A DNA stretch of 64,000 nucleotides, taken from contig CAYSBJ010000001.1 of the NCBI GenBank assembly GCA_964429275.1, forward strand, positions 327,776 through 391,775, read 5' to 3'. The position numbers were made by a program, and so were the translations under genes. Each line of letters starts with the position of its first letter. Position 1 is the stretch's first letter. The notes under the pieces were generated by a model that worked only from the letters and a program-made list of their open reading frames with translations, did not search any database and was not told where the DNA came from. This document shows, piece after piece, positions 11,207 to 20,594 of the stretch. The DNA is from an uncultured Pseudomonadota bacterium (GTDB lineage: Bacteria; Babelota; Babeliae; Babelales; JAUPTZ01).

Positions 11207-12756
11207 ACGTATTCCAGGCGTTTTTCCTCTTCAAATACAAATGAGAGGCCAATGAGATATATTTTTTTATTGTCGGCGAGGTATGGCTCATAATATCGCT
11301 TTGCTTTAATTTGCGCCAAAGCCTCAGCAGGGTTTTTTTCGAGCTTAAATTCGAAGATAAAGATAGCAGCCTTCGTTTGAACAATAGTATCGATACGCCC
11401 CACGCTTGTTGCCACTTCTGACTGGACGTCGAGTCCAAGAAGCGTTCCAATGATATGGAAAAAAGTGTGGTAATATGCCTCTTTCTTAATATGCAAATTA
11501 TACGGAATGCAGGAGAGAAGCCCTTGAAGGACGGCGCAGAAGGCGTCAATATCTTGTGATTCAATTGCTGTTTTGAGCCGGGCCTGATACAGGTCGATCG
11601 TTGTGCGATCTAGGCTCAAGAAGTCCCCAAGCAAGCACTCTTCAAATGATTCGCGGACTTCGTTATTTGGGTAGGCTAATTTGTAGGTTTGTGTATCAGG
11701 TGCGTAGTTCTCTATAGTGAGGTAGCCGGTTTGAAAAAGTAGGTTTGCGAGCGGGATTTTGTCTATATCAAAGGCTCCAAGAGACTCCCCATGTATGTTG
11801 AAGCTACTGAGGGCTTGAAATTGCTCAAATTTTTCCATGATGATATCGGCCAAGAATTTAGTGGTTGCGGTTCCAAACCAAAAGTTACCACGGATTTTGC
11901 GGTCTAAATAAAAGAAAATAGAGTAGGGGTTGTACACCTTGCTGGGGTCGCGCGAGAAGCGGTATCCGTTATACCAGGTTCGCATTTCGTCCATAACTGT
12001 TTCAAACGGCATGTTGAATGCCTCGCCAAGGTCTTGAATGTGGGGAGTCAAATTAGTACGGACTTCTTCTTCTGTGTAGCCGCACAGTGTTGCAGCCATC
12101 GGTTCCAACGAAATATCATTCAGATGATTGAGGCCAGAAAATACTGAGGTTTTGGCAAACTTGCTGACGCCGGTAAAAAAAACAAAACGCACGAGGTCAT
12201 TGACGCTTTTGATGCCAGTGAAAAACGTATTGAGGACATCGCGGAGCTTGTGCGCGAGTTCCCTGTCGGTTACAACGTGCTTGAGGATGGGGGAATCATA
12301 TTCATCTACGAGGATTACTACTTTATTCCGCTGAGCAAGGGTTTCTACCAGGAGGCGTAGCTTTTCTACAGGGTACTGCCCCAGACTAAGATCAACACCG
12401 TACTTACGGCCCATCGCCTCTAGCTGCATACAGAGCCCTGATTCTAGTCGAGCTGGACTTGCAGAATCGACTCCGCTTAAATCAAAACTTAGTACCGGAT
12501 ATTCTTGCCAGTCATGAGCGCTTTCTCGGCCAGCCCAGGTGTCTTTGAAAAGCTCTTTGTTGCCAGAAAAAAATTCCTTAAATGTCGATAAGAGAAGGGA
12601 CTTGCCAAAGCGGCGAGGGCGAGAAAAAAAATAACGTCGACCGGTCTTGGTTAGCTCGTACATTGTTTTTGTTTTGTCGATATAGACATAGCCATCACCG
12701 ATAAGCTCTTCAAACGCACTAATACCAAGCGGCAGTGGTTTTTTATGTATGTTCAT
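11191..12756 (-). CDS. AAA-ATPase-like protein with C-terminal PD-(D/E)XK (PDDEXK_9) nuclease domain
   Basis: KPLPLGI, YIDKT, SRPRRFGKS, LVDEYD, WYNGY, YNPYS, GRIDT...IFEFK. Confidence 0.9.
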   Translation of the reverse strand: MNIHKKPLPLGISAFEELIGDGYVYIDKTKTMYELTKTGRRYFFSRPRRFGKSLLLSTFKEFFSGNKELFKDTWAGRESAHDWQEYPVLSFDLSGVDSASPARLESGLCMQLEAMGRKYGVDLSLGQYPVEKLRLLVETLAQRNKVVILVDEYDSPILKHVVTDRELAHKLRDVLNTFFTGIKSVNDLVRFVFFTGVSKFAKTSVFSGLNHLNDISLEPMAATLCGYTEEEVRTNLTPHIQDLGEAFNMPFETVMDEMRTWYNGYRFSRDPSKVYNPYSIFFYLDRKIRGNFWFGTATTKFLADIIMEKFEQFQALSSFNIHGESLGAFDIDKIPLANLLFQTGYLTIENYAPDTQTYKLAYPNNEVRESFEECLLGDFLSLDRTTIDLYQARLKTAIESQDIDAFCAVLQGLLSCIPYNLHIKKEAYYHTFFHIIGTLLGLDVQSEVATSVGRIDTIVQTKAAIFIFEFKLEKNPAEALAQIKAKRYYEPYLADNKKIYLIGLSFVFEEEKRLEYVWEQL

Positions 12757-12824
12757 GCAGCTTTTCCTCTTTTGGCCACTATACTACTACAGGAGGGGAG
12801 GTTTTTGAAATGATATATGGCGGT

Positions 12825-13889
12825 TCAAGAGACTTTAACGCCATCAACAATGATGTGATCGTGAATGGCTGCAAGTTGGGGGTTACTGCGTATTTTTCGT
12901 ACGACTTCTTGTACATTAAGATCGCCAAGGCCTTGTTCTGGCCAGAGGGGAGTATTGAGGACCAGACTGCGGGTGATTGATGCTTGACGGACTGGCATAG
13001 TTGCGGGATTTTGTTTGTTGATTAAGATTTCTTTGGCCATATCGAAGGGACCGTCAACAAAGCATATAGGGTCGGGCATATAGCTTATCGCAGCGTCAAT
13101 TACGCCATCGATCGAGCCGGCGAACATGGTTGCATTATGCTGTGAAGCAAGTTTGCCGAGCCCGGGGCCGCAGAGTGCGACGCCATCTCCTTCCAGGTAC
13201 ATTAATGTATCGTGACTGGTTATGAGTCCAGTTGTTAGAGGCAGCGTTTCGTTTATGATATGGATTGGCAGCAGGGTTACGTTTATGCCTCGGGTTAGCC
13301 CCAGTTTTTGAAGCTCTGGTGCATGTGAGTCGTGCCCATCCGGAATGTTGGCGTATGGTAGTAGTACGGACGTTGCGCAGGGCTTTATGGTTTTGAGTAG
13401 ATTTATCAGAAGTGGTAAATCCGCAGGAGAAAAGTCTGATTCAATTCCTGTAACGTTTGCCCCTGGTTTTTCAGTGCTCTGTATGAGTTCGTATTTCACT
13501 GGGTCCAGTACCGCTAGGAAAAGGATAGGCTTTTTTATTTTACGTTTTTCTGAATTTTGTACCAGGGCCTTTGTGCAGCGTATGCCGGTCCCAATAAGGA
13601 GATTGGCATTGCTTTCCAGAGCTTCGGCGCAGATGTTGTTCACTGACGTTAGATCGGTGGTTGATGCAGGAGTAAATTCTTTTACCGTGAAACGCCCGTC
13701 AGCTTTTATTTTTGCCTTTAGTCGCTCATTAACGTATTCGTGGAAAGGCAAGCTTGGTACGTATACAAGCCCAATAATGTAGGTAGGGGGGTTGTAGCCT
13801 CTACGTATGATTTTGGTTATGAAACCAAGTGCAAGGGCTACAAAGACAGAAATTAGAATACCTATGGTTATTTTGGTGGGTGAACCCAT
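12825..13889 (-). CDS. ABC-type substrate-binding protein (ABC_sub_bind-like), N-terminal membrane anchor
   Basis: PILFLAVLDPVKYELIQSTEKPGANVTG, PATMPV, LVLN. Confidence 0.75.
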   Translation of the reverse strand: MGSPTKITIGILISVFVALALGFITKIIRRGYNPPTYIIGLVYVPSLPFHEYVNERLKAKIKADGRFTVKEFTPASTTDLTSVNNICAEALESNANLLIGTGIRCTKALVQNSEKRKIKKPILFLAVLDPVKYELIQSTEKPGANVTGIESDFSPADLPLLINLLKTIKPCATSVLLPYANIPDGHDSHAPELQKLGLTRGINVTLLPIHIINETLPLTTGLITSHDTLMYLEGDGVALCGPGLGKLASQHNATMFAGSIDGVIDAAISYMPDPICFVDGPFDMAKEILINKQNPATMPVRQASITRSLVLNTPLWPEQGLGDLNVQEVVRKIRSNPQLAAIHDHIIVDGVKVS

Positions 13890-14827
13890 GTACGTACGAC
13901 CTTAATGTTGGGAGCTGAACATAATTTTTCTAACGCTTCATCGGGAAAGCCAATACGGCGGAGCATATCGATGTTTACAATGAACTCACGGTTGTCTGGA
14001 ACGATAGTAACCGGAATTTCCCCTAAGGGGATACCTTCTTCACGGAACTTGCGTAGTATCTTAAAGCCTTCTACTGCCAGAGGGCTAATACTTCCATTGT
14101 AGGAGATTGCCATACCAGAGCTGATGCTTGCAATATTGCAGCCTATAGCTAGTTTGCATACGTCCCAAAAAAGATAGGCTATCTCCCTTTGTAAGATAGC
14201 AGAATAGCATCCGTCCATTATAAGAAAAGCATCTATATGCGGAAGATGTTCTTTGATAGTAGTAAGAACGGCTTCTTTGCACCGTATAATTGGCACAGTG
14301 TAAACCGTCATTCCTTCCTCACCTAAAATTTCGGCAAGCTTCAAAGCGCGATTCTTGAGCTCTGTCGTTTTTGAAGGCGTGTGATAAGGAATTAGAAGGC
14401 TTTTTACTGTTGGCTGGAGATACTTCAAAAGCGCAGCCAATTTTTCAATTGGTGCGTCTTCAATAAGCACGCCCGATGCAAAACCACCAGGTTTTTCCAG
14501 TGATTCTATGAGCCCTTGTTTTATTGGGTCTCGTACTGCAAGAAATATGACATGAAGCCCATGTTTCTTTGCTTCTTCCACTGCGGGTACCGAACTTGCT
14601 TCGCCTATCACAAAAAGAGTATCAACCTCTTTTTTTTCGGCAATAGCCTGTACTTTTGCCATTATGTCTTCTCTTTTGGTATTTGGGGCATGAAACACTT
14701 GGGCTTCGTATATTCCCGCAGCCTCTCCGTCAAGTATGAGGTCGAGTAATTGTTGCGCCAGCTCGCTATGGACTGGCTGCTCGTTGATCATGAGAATGCC
14801 AACGCGATTTTCTGTGACTGTTGTCAT
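13868..14827 (-). CDS. ABC-type substrate-binding protein (ABC_sub_bind-like), no obvious signal peptide
   Basis: VIFLAVRDPIKQGLIESLEKPGGFASGV, GEIPV, FIVN. Confidence 0.75.
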   Translation of the reverse strand: MTTVTENRVGILMINEQPVHSELAQQLLDLILDGEAAGIYEAQVFHAPNTKREDIMAKVQAIAEKKEVDTLFVIGEASSVPAVEEAKKHGLHVIFLAVRDPIKQGLIESLEKPGGFASGVLIEDAPIEKLAALLKYLQPTVKSLLIPYHTPSKTTELKNRALKLAEILGEEGMTVYTVPIIRCKEAVLTTIKEHLPHIDAFLIMDGCYSAILQREIAYLFWDVCKLAIGCNIASISSGMAISYNGSISPLAVEGFKILRKFREEGIPLGEIPVTIVPDNREFIVNIDMLRRIGFPDEALEKLCSAPNIKVVRTWVHPPK

Positions 14828-14860
14828 AATATAGTTCCTCTTTCTAATGCCGTTACGCTA

Positions 14861-15958
14861 CTACTCAGTCTCAAGAATGCTGACAGCATCTAATTCGTGC
14901 GCGTCTTTTGCTCTCAATAGAGCAAGAACGATTGATGAAAGCTTAACTCCTTGGTTTTTGATGCCACGAAGGTTGTAGCGCATACCGCTTTGCATAGGAA
15001 TTTGACAACTCTTAACAAAGCCATTGCGAGCTAAAAGTGCGCGCAAAAGCTTGATCATAGGCTTGATATACGAACTTTTTGCAACCCCGCAGCCGAATCC
15101 TGCGCCCTTAACGACGAGGTCAAGATCGGAGCTACAGAGCAATGTCTGAGTAGCTTCGCAGATTTTCAGGACGGTATCGGCATGCTTGCTTACCGCTGGT
15201 TCGTCCAGAGTTATGAGCACATCACAGTCGGCTAATGTTGTTTGTAGTTCAGAAGCATATGCTTCTTCAAAGTCCCAAGAGTGTTCCACCACCTCAATAG
15301 GGAATTCTTTAAATGCGGCCTTTATGAGATTGCGGTGTTGGCGTAGCATTTCTCTTTCTTGAAGGTTTTCGATGTATGGGCTATAGGCAATACACACTTT
15401 CTTGATGGTTGGGACGGCTCCTCGGAGGCAGGCGGCGTATTCGCTTCCTTCCATCGGTGTGTTGTGTACGCCAGCAACTCCTTCTTTTGGTTTTATAGGA
15501 GAGGACTCAATAGGCCCTTGTAGGCAGTAGACTTGCACCGCGCTGAGCCCAAGTGCTTGGCGTAGCTCATTAATGAGTTCTGCTTCGGTATAGCCTGGTG
15601 TGATGACAAAAGAATAGCGCTCTTTATCTCGACCCCGAAAGAAGGGGTGTGATAACAAAGCGCTTTGAAGTAATAGGTTGTTAGGTTTGAGAAAAATTGG
15701 TTCAATCTCAAGCTTGATGTCACGATATATTGACTCAAACTCTGTTAAGAACTGCTGTTGTAAGACTTGTGCCCATTCTCGGTTTTCCTCGGTGGATATA
15801 AGGACTCCGCGGGCGCTACTGCCGAGGCCAAATATGCCACGACCGTAGATGTTAAAGCTAACTGTTTCGGGATCGTCAGTGATTCTACCAAGCACGCGGT
15901 TGAATGTCTGTGACGCTACGTTAGCGTATTTCTTGTTGTTGTCATTGTTGCTGTTCAT
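14861..15958 (-). CDS. Divergent ABC_sub_bind-like protein, no obvious signal peptide
   Basis: GVAGV, PTIKKVCIAYSP, LVVKGAGFGCG, YNL; tandem with two paralogues. Confidence 0.55.
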   Translation of the reverse strand: MNSNNDNNKKYANVASQTFNRVLGRITDDPETVSFNIYGRGIFGLGSSARGVLISTEENREWAQVLQQQFLTEFESIYRDIKLEIEPIFLKPNNLLLQSALLSHPFFRGRDKERYSFVITPGYTEAELINELRQALGLSAVQVYCLQGPIESSPIKPKEGVAGVHNTPMEGSEYAACLRGAVPTIKKVCIAYSPYIENLQEREMLRQHRNLIKAAFKEFPIEVVEHSWDFEEAYASELQTTLADCDVLITLDEPAVSKHADTVLKICEATQTLLCSSDLDLVVKGAGFGCGVAKSSYIKPMIKLLRALLARNGFVKSCQIPMQSGMRYNLRGIKNQGVKLSSIVLALLRAKDAHELDAVSILETE

Positions 15959-16418
15959 ATTAATTATCCTTCATCAAGCTGTGATTATAAGAAACAATTA
16001 ATGTGGCTGACGCCGTAACAAGTGCGGGTCTGCTACAAGAACCCCCCGCGTAGACGGCTCCTGGTTTTTAGTAAAATAACCAAATAGCACGGCGCTGGAG
16101 ATATGAGAATCATAACTCTTTTTTATGAAAAAGCAAAAAAGTGCCTGGAGTATGGGGGTTTTAGAGATTTGTATGGTGAGCGGTTGGCAACGGGTCGCGC
16201 TTTCTGCAGGCGCAAATAGGCTGGCTTGCTTGGTAAAAAGGCCTTGAGGCTGCTCAATTTCCTCATGCGCGCACAGTTTCCTTCGAGCTGCAGCTTTTTC
16301 TGAGCGTCCAAAGATATTTTTTGCTAAAAAATCCTACTGCTGTTACAATGACCTACTTCCCTGGAAAAGCATCGTGCAGTTCCGGGGTTTTTACTATTTT
16401 AGGGTAGAGCGGAAATCT

Positions 16419-17741
16419 ATGCGTTTTCTTTCTGGTATTGCTAACAAATTGTGGGGTCTGTCTTCCGGCGCGGAACTGAGAAAGTTCCTTTATTTGGCTG
16501 CCGGTGGCTTTTGCTTGTTTGGCTCGTTCTCACCACTCAAGCCGCTCAAAGAATCACTTTTCATTAATATGGTGGGGTCTGCCTACCTCCCGGTTATCAA
16601 AGGCTTAAGCGCGGTGCTTATGCTGTTGGTGGTTATGTTATATTCCAAAGTGGTGGATCTGTTCTCTAAGCGTAATCTTTTCTATGTAGTCCTCAGCTTT
16701 TATGTGGCAGTTGGACTGCTTTTTGTGGTTTTACTGAGTCATCCAACTATCGGCGTTGCCAATACCGCTGTTAGCGTTGATCGCTGGGTTGCGTGGGGCT
16801 TTTACCTTTTTGTAGAGAGCTACTTGACCGTTATGATGTCGCTGTTCTGGTCATTTGCAAACGACGTAACATCAGCCTCTTCGGCTAAAAAAGGGTATGG
16901 CATGATTATGTTTGGCTCTCAGACAGGAGCGTTTAGTTTTGCAGCATTTGGCAGTTTTATGGTGGCAAACACCGGTCTGTATGTGGTTCGTGTGCCGCTT
17001 CTTCTATGCATTTGTATGGGGCTTTTTGCTCTTCTAGGCTTTTTCATTTGGCGCTTGACTGCAATGATACCGGGCACGCAGTTTGGGGCCGAAGGACAAG
17101 AGGTACCTGATCGGCCAGTAGGGATTCTTGAGGGTCTTTTTGTCGTGGTTAAAAACCCTTATGTTACCGGTATTTTTTCGCTTATGCTTCTTCAAGAAAT
17201 CATCGTGTCGCTTATGCACTTTCAACAAGCGTACTTGGCAGAACAAACTTTTGCAGTCAAAGGGTTGGTGACCAATTATTATTTCCAAGTTAATTTGTTG
17301 TTTCAGCTTCTTTCCTGCGTGTTCTCGCTCTTGGGCACCTCGTATATTCATCGCAAAATTGGCACCCGTGCAAGCCTCATGAGCTTTCCGATACTCTTGA
17401 TCATTGCTGGTGTCGTGTACTTCTTTGTTCCGAATTTGTATACCGTCACACTCTTTATTGTCTTGCTGAAGGGGCTCCATTACGCCTTCAACCAACCGGT
17501 GCGTGAAACGCTGTACATTCCAACCTCTCGTGACATTAAGTACAAGGCAAAAGCCTGGATTGATGTCGCTGGTCTACGCGGCGCTAAAGCCCTTGGGTTT
17601 TCTTTGACCGGAATTGTTGGTCATTCTTCTTCTATTCTGGGCCTTACTGTTATTGGTTTTCTTTCTGCATGGACTTTTCTTGCCGGTATTGTTGGTAAGG
17701 TGAATGAGCGTGCGGTGCGCAAGAATATCATTATTCGGTAA
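16419..17741 (+). CDS. NTT/TLC-family nucleotide (ATP/ADP) translocase
   Basis: About 12 TM; FWSFAND, KGLHYAFNQPVRETLYIPTSRDIKYKAKAWID. Confidence 0.9.
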   Translation: MRFLSGIANKLWGLSSGAELRKFLYLAAGGFCLFGSFSPLKPLKESLFINMVGSAYLPVIKGLSAVLMLLVVMLYSKVVDLFSKRNLFYVVLSFYVAVGLLFVVLLSHPTIGVANTAVSVDRWVAWGFYLFVESYLTVMMSLFWSFANDVTSASSAKKGYGMIMFGSQTGAFSFAAFGSFMVANTGLYVVRVPLLLCICMGLFALLGFFIWRLTAMIPGTQFGAEGQEVPDRPVGILEGLFVVVKNPYVTGIFSLMLLQEIIVSLMHFQQAYLAEQTFAVKGLVTNYYFQVNLLFQLLSCVFSLLGTSYIHRKIGTRASLMSFPILLIIAGVVYFFVPNLYTVTLFIVLLKGLHYAFNQPVRETLYIPTSRDIKYKAKAWIDVAGLRGAKALGFSLTGIVGHSSSILGLTVIGFLSAWTFLAGIVGKVNERAVRKNIIIR

Positions 17742-18144
17742 TGTCATTGCGAGAAGCGTAGCGACGAAGCAATCCAGATTATTTTCACCATCGGTTAATG
17801 TTATCGAAGAGGTCATGCCATTCTGGGTTGAATTTTTCTATTAAGTTGAGTTTACTAGTACGTGATCCACCTTTTATTATTTTTTCTCGCTCGATTGCGC
17901 TTTGCATGGTTGGGCACTGTTCATAATAGACGAGTAGTATGCAATGATATTTATTTGTGAAACATTGTTCGTGAGCACCTGTTTTATGTTCATAAACACG
18001 TTTGATTAGATTTGAGGTCGCTCCGGGATAAAGGGTGCCATTTCGCTTGTTTGCCATGATATAAACTGTGGGTAGCTTAGGCATTTATATTTTTCCTTGT
18101 ATTGATTGGTTTCTCTCTGGATTGCTTCGTTCCTCGCAATGACG
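17742..18144. mobile_element. Putative element: inverted palindromic repeats (17742-17777, 18117-18144) enclosing a GIY-YIG gene
   Basis: TGTCATTGCGAG...GAAGCAATCCAG on the left and CTGGATTGCTTCGTTCCTCGCAATGACG on the right; the same repeat pair occurs empty elsewhere. Confidence 0.65.
17785..18084 (-). CDS. Small stand-alone GIY-YIG nuclease
   Basis: VYIMANKRNGTLYPGATSNLIKRVYEHK...LVYYE...AIEREKIIKG...NPEWHDL. Confidence 0.9.
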   Translation of the reverse strand: MPKLPTVYIMANKRNGTLYPGATSNLIKRVYEHKTGAHEQCFTNKYHCILLVYYEQCPTMQSAIEREKIIKGGSRTSKLNLIEKFNPEWHDLFDNINRW

Positions 18145-18156
18145 GGGCGGCTGCTT

Positions 18157-20568
18157 CTATACCAACTCTTCTTGTTTTTGTAGTGCGTGCACCGGCTCTG
18201 AGTTCAAACGTTTCACGATTTCCTCTCGAATTAATTTTAGCGCACGATCAATTGCTGGTTGATGGAGTTCACGTTTTGTTGTTTGTTGACGGCTTAATCC
18301 CTTTGTTACGGTGAGCCATGGTTCCAGGTTTAAAAGTTCTTCTTTCGGCATAGCCCGTATTGTTTCGAGATAAAGTTTTTCTATTTCATATGCAAGAGGA
18401 AAACGTATGTTCGCATCTGTGCTGGCGAGATGAACGCCATTGGCAGTGATAATGGAGGCAAGGTGCTCTGGAGCGAGGTAGTACAGGCCTAAGCAGGGGC
18501 CGAATTCAACGATTTTGGCAAGCATTGCCTTTACTGCGACCATTTCTCGAATGCTTGGCTCTAGGTACAGAGTGCGGTAACCAGGGAGGGATTTTAGTAC
18601 TTCGCCCAGATCGGTGCCTGGAGAGGTGATGCAGGCCATGCAATTGGCAACAACTTCATGGTAAAGCATGGTTTTTTTTGAAGATGTACGAGCATTTATG
18701 AGTGCAAGTGGCATTAGCTTGCTTGCCACAGTCGTAGTAATAACCTTAAACTCTAAGCGGCTTATTTCATTGAATAGCGTATTCAATGCCTTAAGTTCTA
18801 TGGTCGTCAACTCTCGTCTGCCAGGAATGTATGGTTCGATAAAGTTATTCAACATTGCTTCGTTATTTTCAATTGATTTCAATCTCTGACGTATGTGTTC
18901 TTGTATCTGCCTAAGATGTTCTTTCTTGTCTGCCTTCTTTTGCTGGTGCCGTAACTGTTTGAGCGCCTTTTCGGTGCGCTCGCGTGCGCGGGTTACTTCT
19001 ATTGCAGCGGCTTCTTTTCTTTTGCATTCGGCAGTAGCTAGAGCCTCCGCAGCCTCTTGTTGCTGCCGTGCTGTTAAAACGTCAGCTTCTTTTTTTGCTT
19101 TTTCAGCTTCTTGGCGTTGAATTTCTTTTTCGTGTGCCGCTATTGCGGCAAGTCGTTCCTGTTCGGCTTTAAGTTCTTGAGCGGCTTTCTCCGCTTCTTT
19201 GCGCTGGCGCTCCTTTGCTTGCGCAGCGGCTTGTGCTACAGCTCGTGCCCGTTCTTTTTCCGCAGTAATGGCTGCTTCCCGGTGTTGGCGTTCAGCTTCG
19301 ATTGCAGCATTTTTTTCCTGTTCAATTCGTTGCTGCTCTAGCGCGGCAGCGGTTGCTGCTTCTTTTTTGGCGTGTTCGCGTGCAAGTCGTTCTTTTTCAG
19401 CAACTATAGCAGCTTGGCGGTCTTTATATTTTTTCTGGGCAATCAACGTTTTAAACCCGTACGTCAGTTTTGTAGCTTGTTCATTTATTCTGCGGTGTGC
19501 CGCTAATTCTCGTTCCTGTTGTTTGCGAGCGAGCCATTCTTTTGCTCTTGTAGCAAATAGTGCCATTTGTTGGACTCGCCGCTCCTGTTCTGCCTTAAGC
19601 GATCGAGCAGCTTTTTCCTGTTCAATCTGCCGGCGCTCTAATGCGGCGGCTTCTGCTGCTTCCGCTGCAACTCGTAAGAGCTCAGCCTCTTTCTTCGCCT
19701 GCTCACGCGCCAGTCGTTCTTTTTCAGCAGCTATAGCGGCATGATGATCTCTATATTGTTTGCGCGCGATCATCATTTTAAACCCAGATGTCAGCTTTGT
19801 AGCCTTTTCATTTGCTATGCGATTGTGCTGAGCCTGTCTTTCGGCCAATTCACGCACAACCGATTCTTGTGCTGCTTCTTGCGCAACGATTGCAGCACGC
19901 CGCTCTGATTCTAATTCAATAGCTTTTTTTTCTTCTATTTCGGCTTGTTGCGCGTCTTGTGTGGCAATGGTTTGTCTCTGTTCTTCCTCAATACACGGTT
20001 CTTCTATGGTTGTAGTTGTTGTTGTATTGGCTCCCTCTTTTTCATCATTCGCTGCATTTTCTAGTCTCACTTGTTGGCGCTCTAGTTCGGCTGCTGCCAG
20101 CTGGTGGGTTACTTCATTTAATAGTTTTTGTTCGAACTCAGTTGCTTCTGGTTTTTTAGCGAGCTGTGTGCGTGCGATAGGTGAATAGTCTACAGTAGGC
20201 ACTTTAATTAAAGCAGTTATTTGTTCTTGAATGATCGGCTGCTTTTGGGCGTCAAAAAATCTGGGTATTTCACCGACTGGTTGGTGGTTGGTATCTGTCG
20301 TTGGCGCCAAGGCTAATCCGGTTGGGGCACTCAGTGTTGGTGTCGTGTGCTTTTGTTTTCTCCAGAGAAGCAGGGCGATTGCTGCCAGTGGCGTGCATGC
20401 AAGTAGGAGGCGGGCGGGTGTTTTTAGAGTGTTTTTTTTGAAAGGGTTCATTTCCCGCAATCGAGAAACGATCGTTGCAGGAGGTGTTGCGGTTGCTGAA
20501 AGGAGAGATGGAATAAGGCACATGATCATAACGGTAAGCGTGCCCAGGTGAACGGTGTGTCGCATCAT
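18157..20568 (-). CDS. Exported, membrane-anchored long helical (E/K/R/A-rich) protein with two IQ-like repeats
   Basis: Signal peptide, TM (LLLACTPLAAIALLLW-RKQK), about 400-aa charged helix, internal 109-aa duplication. Confidence 0.75.
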   Translation of the reverse strand: MMRHTVHLGTLTVMIMCLIPSLLSATATPPATIVSRLREMNPFKKNTLKTPARLLLACTPLAAIALLLWRKQKHTTPTLSAPTGLALAPTTDTNHQPVGEIPRFFDAQKQPIIQEQITALIKVPTVDYSPIARTQLAKKPEATEFEQKLLNEVTHQLAAAELERQQVRLENAANDEKEGANTTTTTTIEEPCIEEEQRQTIATQDAQQAEIEEKKAIELESERRAAIVAQEAAQESVVRELAERQAQHNRIANEKATKLTSGFKMMIARKQYRDHHAAIAAEKERLAREQAKKEAELLRVAAEAAEAAALERRQIEQEKAARSLKAEQERRVQQMALFATRAKEWLARKQQERELAAHRRINEQATKLTYGFKTLIAQKKYKDRQAAIVAEKERLAREHAKKEAATAAALEQQRIEQEKNAAIEAERQHREAAITAEKERARAVAQAAAQAKERQRKEAEKAAQELKAEQERLAAIAAHEKEIQRQEAEKAKKEADVLTARQQQEAAEALATAECKRKEAAAIEVTRARERTEKALKQLRHQQKKADKKEHLRQIQEHIRQRLKSIENNEAMLNNFIEPYIPGRRELTTIELKALNTLFNEISRLEFKVITTTVASKLMPLALINARTSSKKTMLYHEVVANCMACITSPGTDLGEVLKSLPGYRTLYLEPSIREMVAVKAMLAKIVEFGPCLGLYYLAPEHLASIITANGVHLASTDANIRFPLAYEIEKLYLETIRAMPKEELLNLEPWLTVTKGLSRQQTTKRELHQPAIDRALKLIREEIVKRLNSEPVHALQKQEELV

Positions 20569-20594
20569 AAGGGATTACCTCTAAACACTGTTTA

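Noticed and set aside
19199..19744. 181-aa Ser/Ala/Cys-rich plus-strand ORF
   Set aside because: Mirror of the low-complexity helical gene on the opposite strand.
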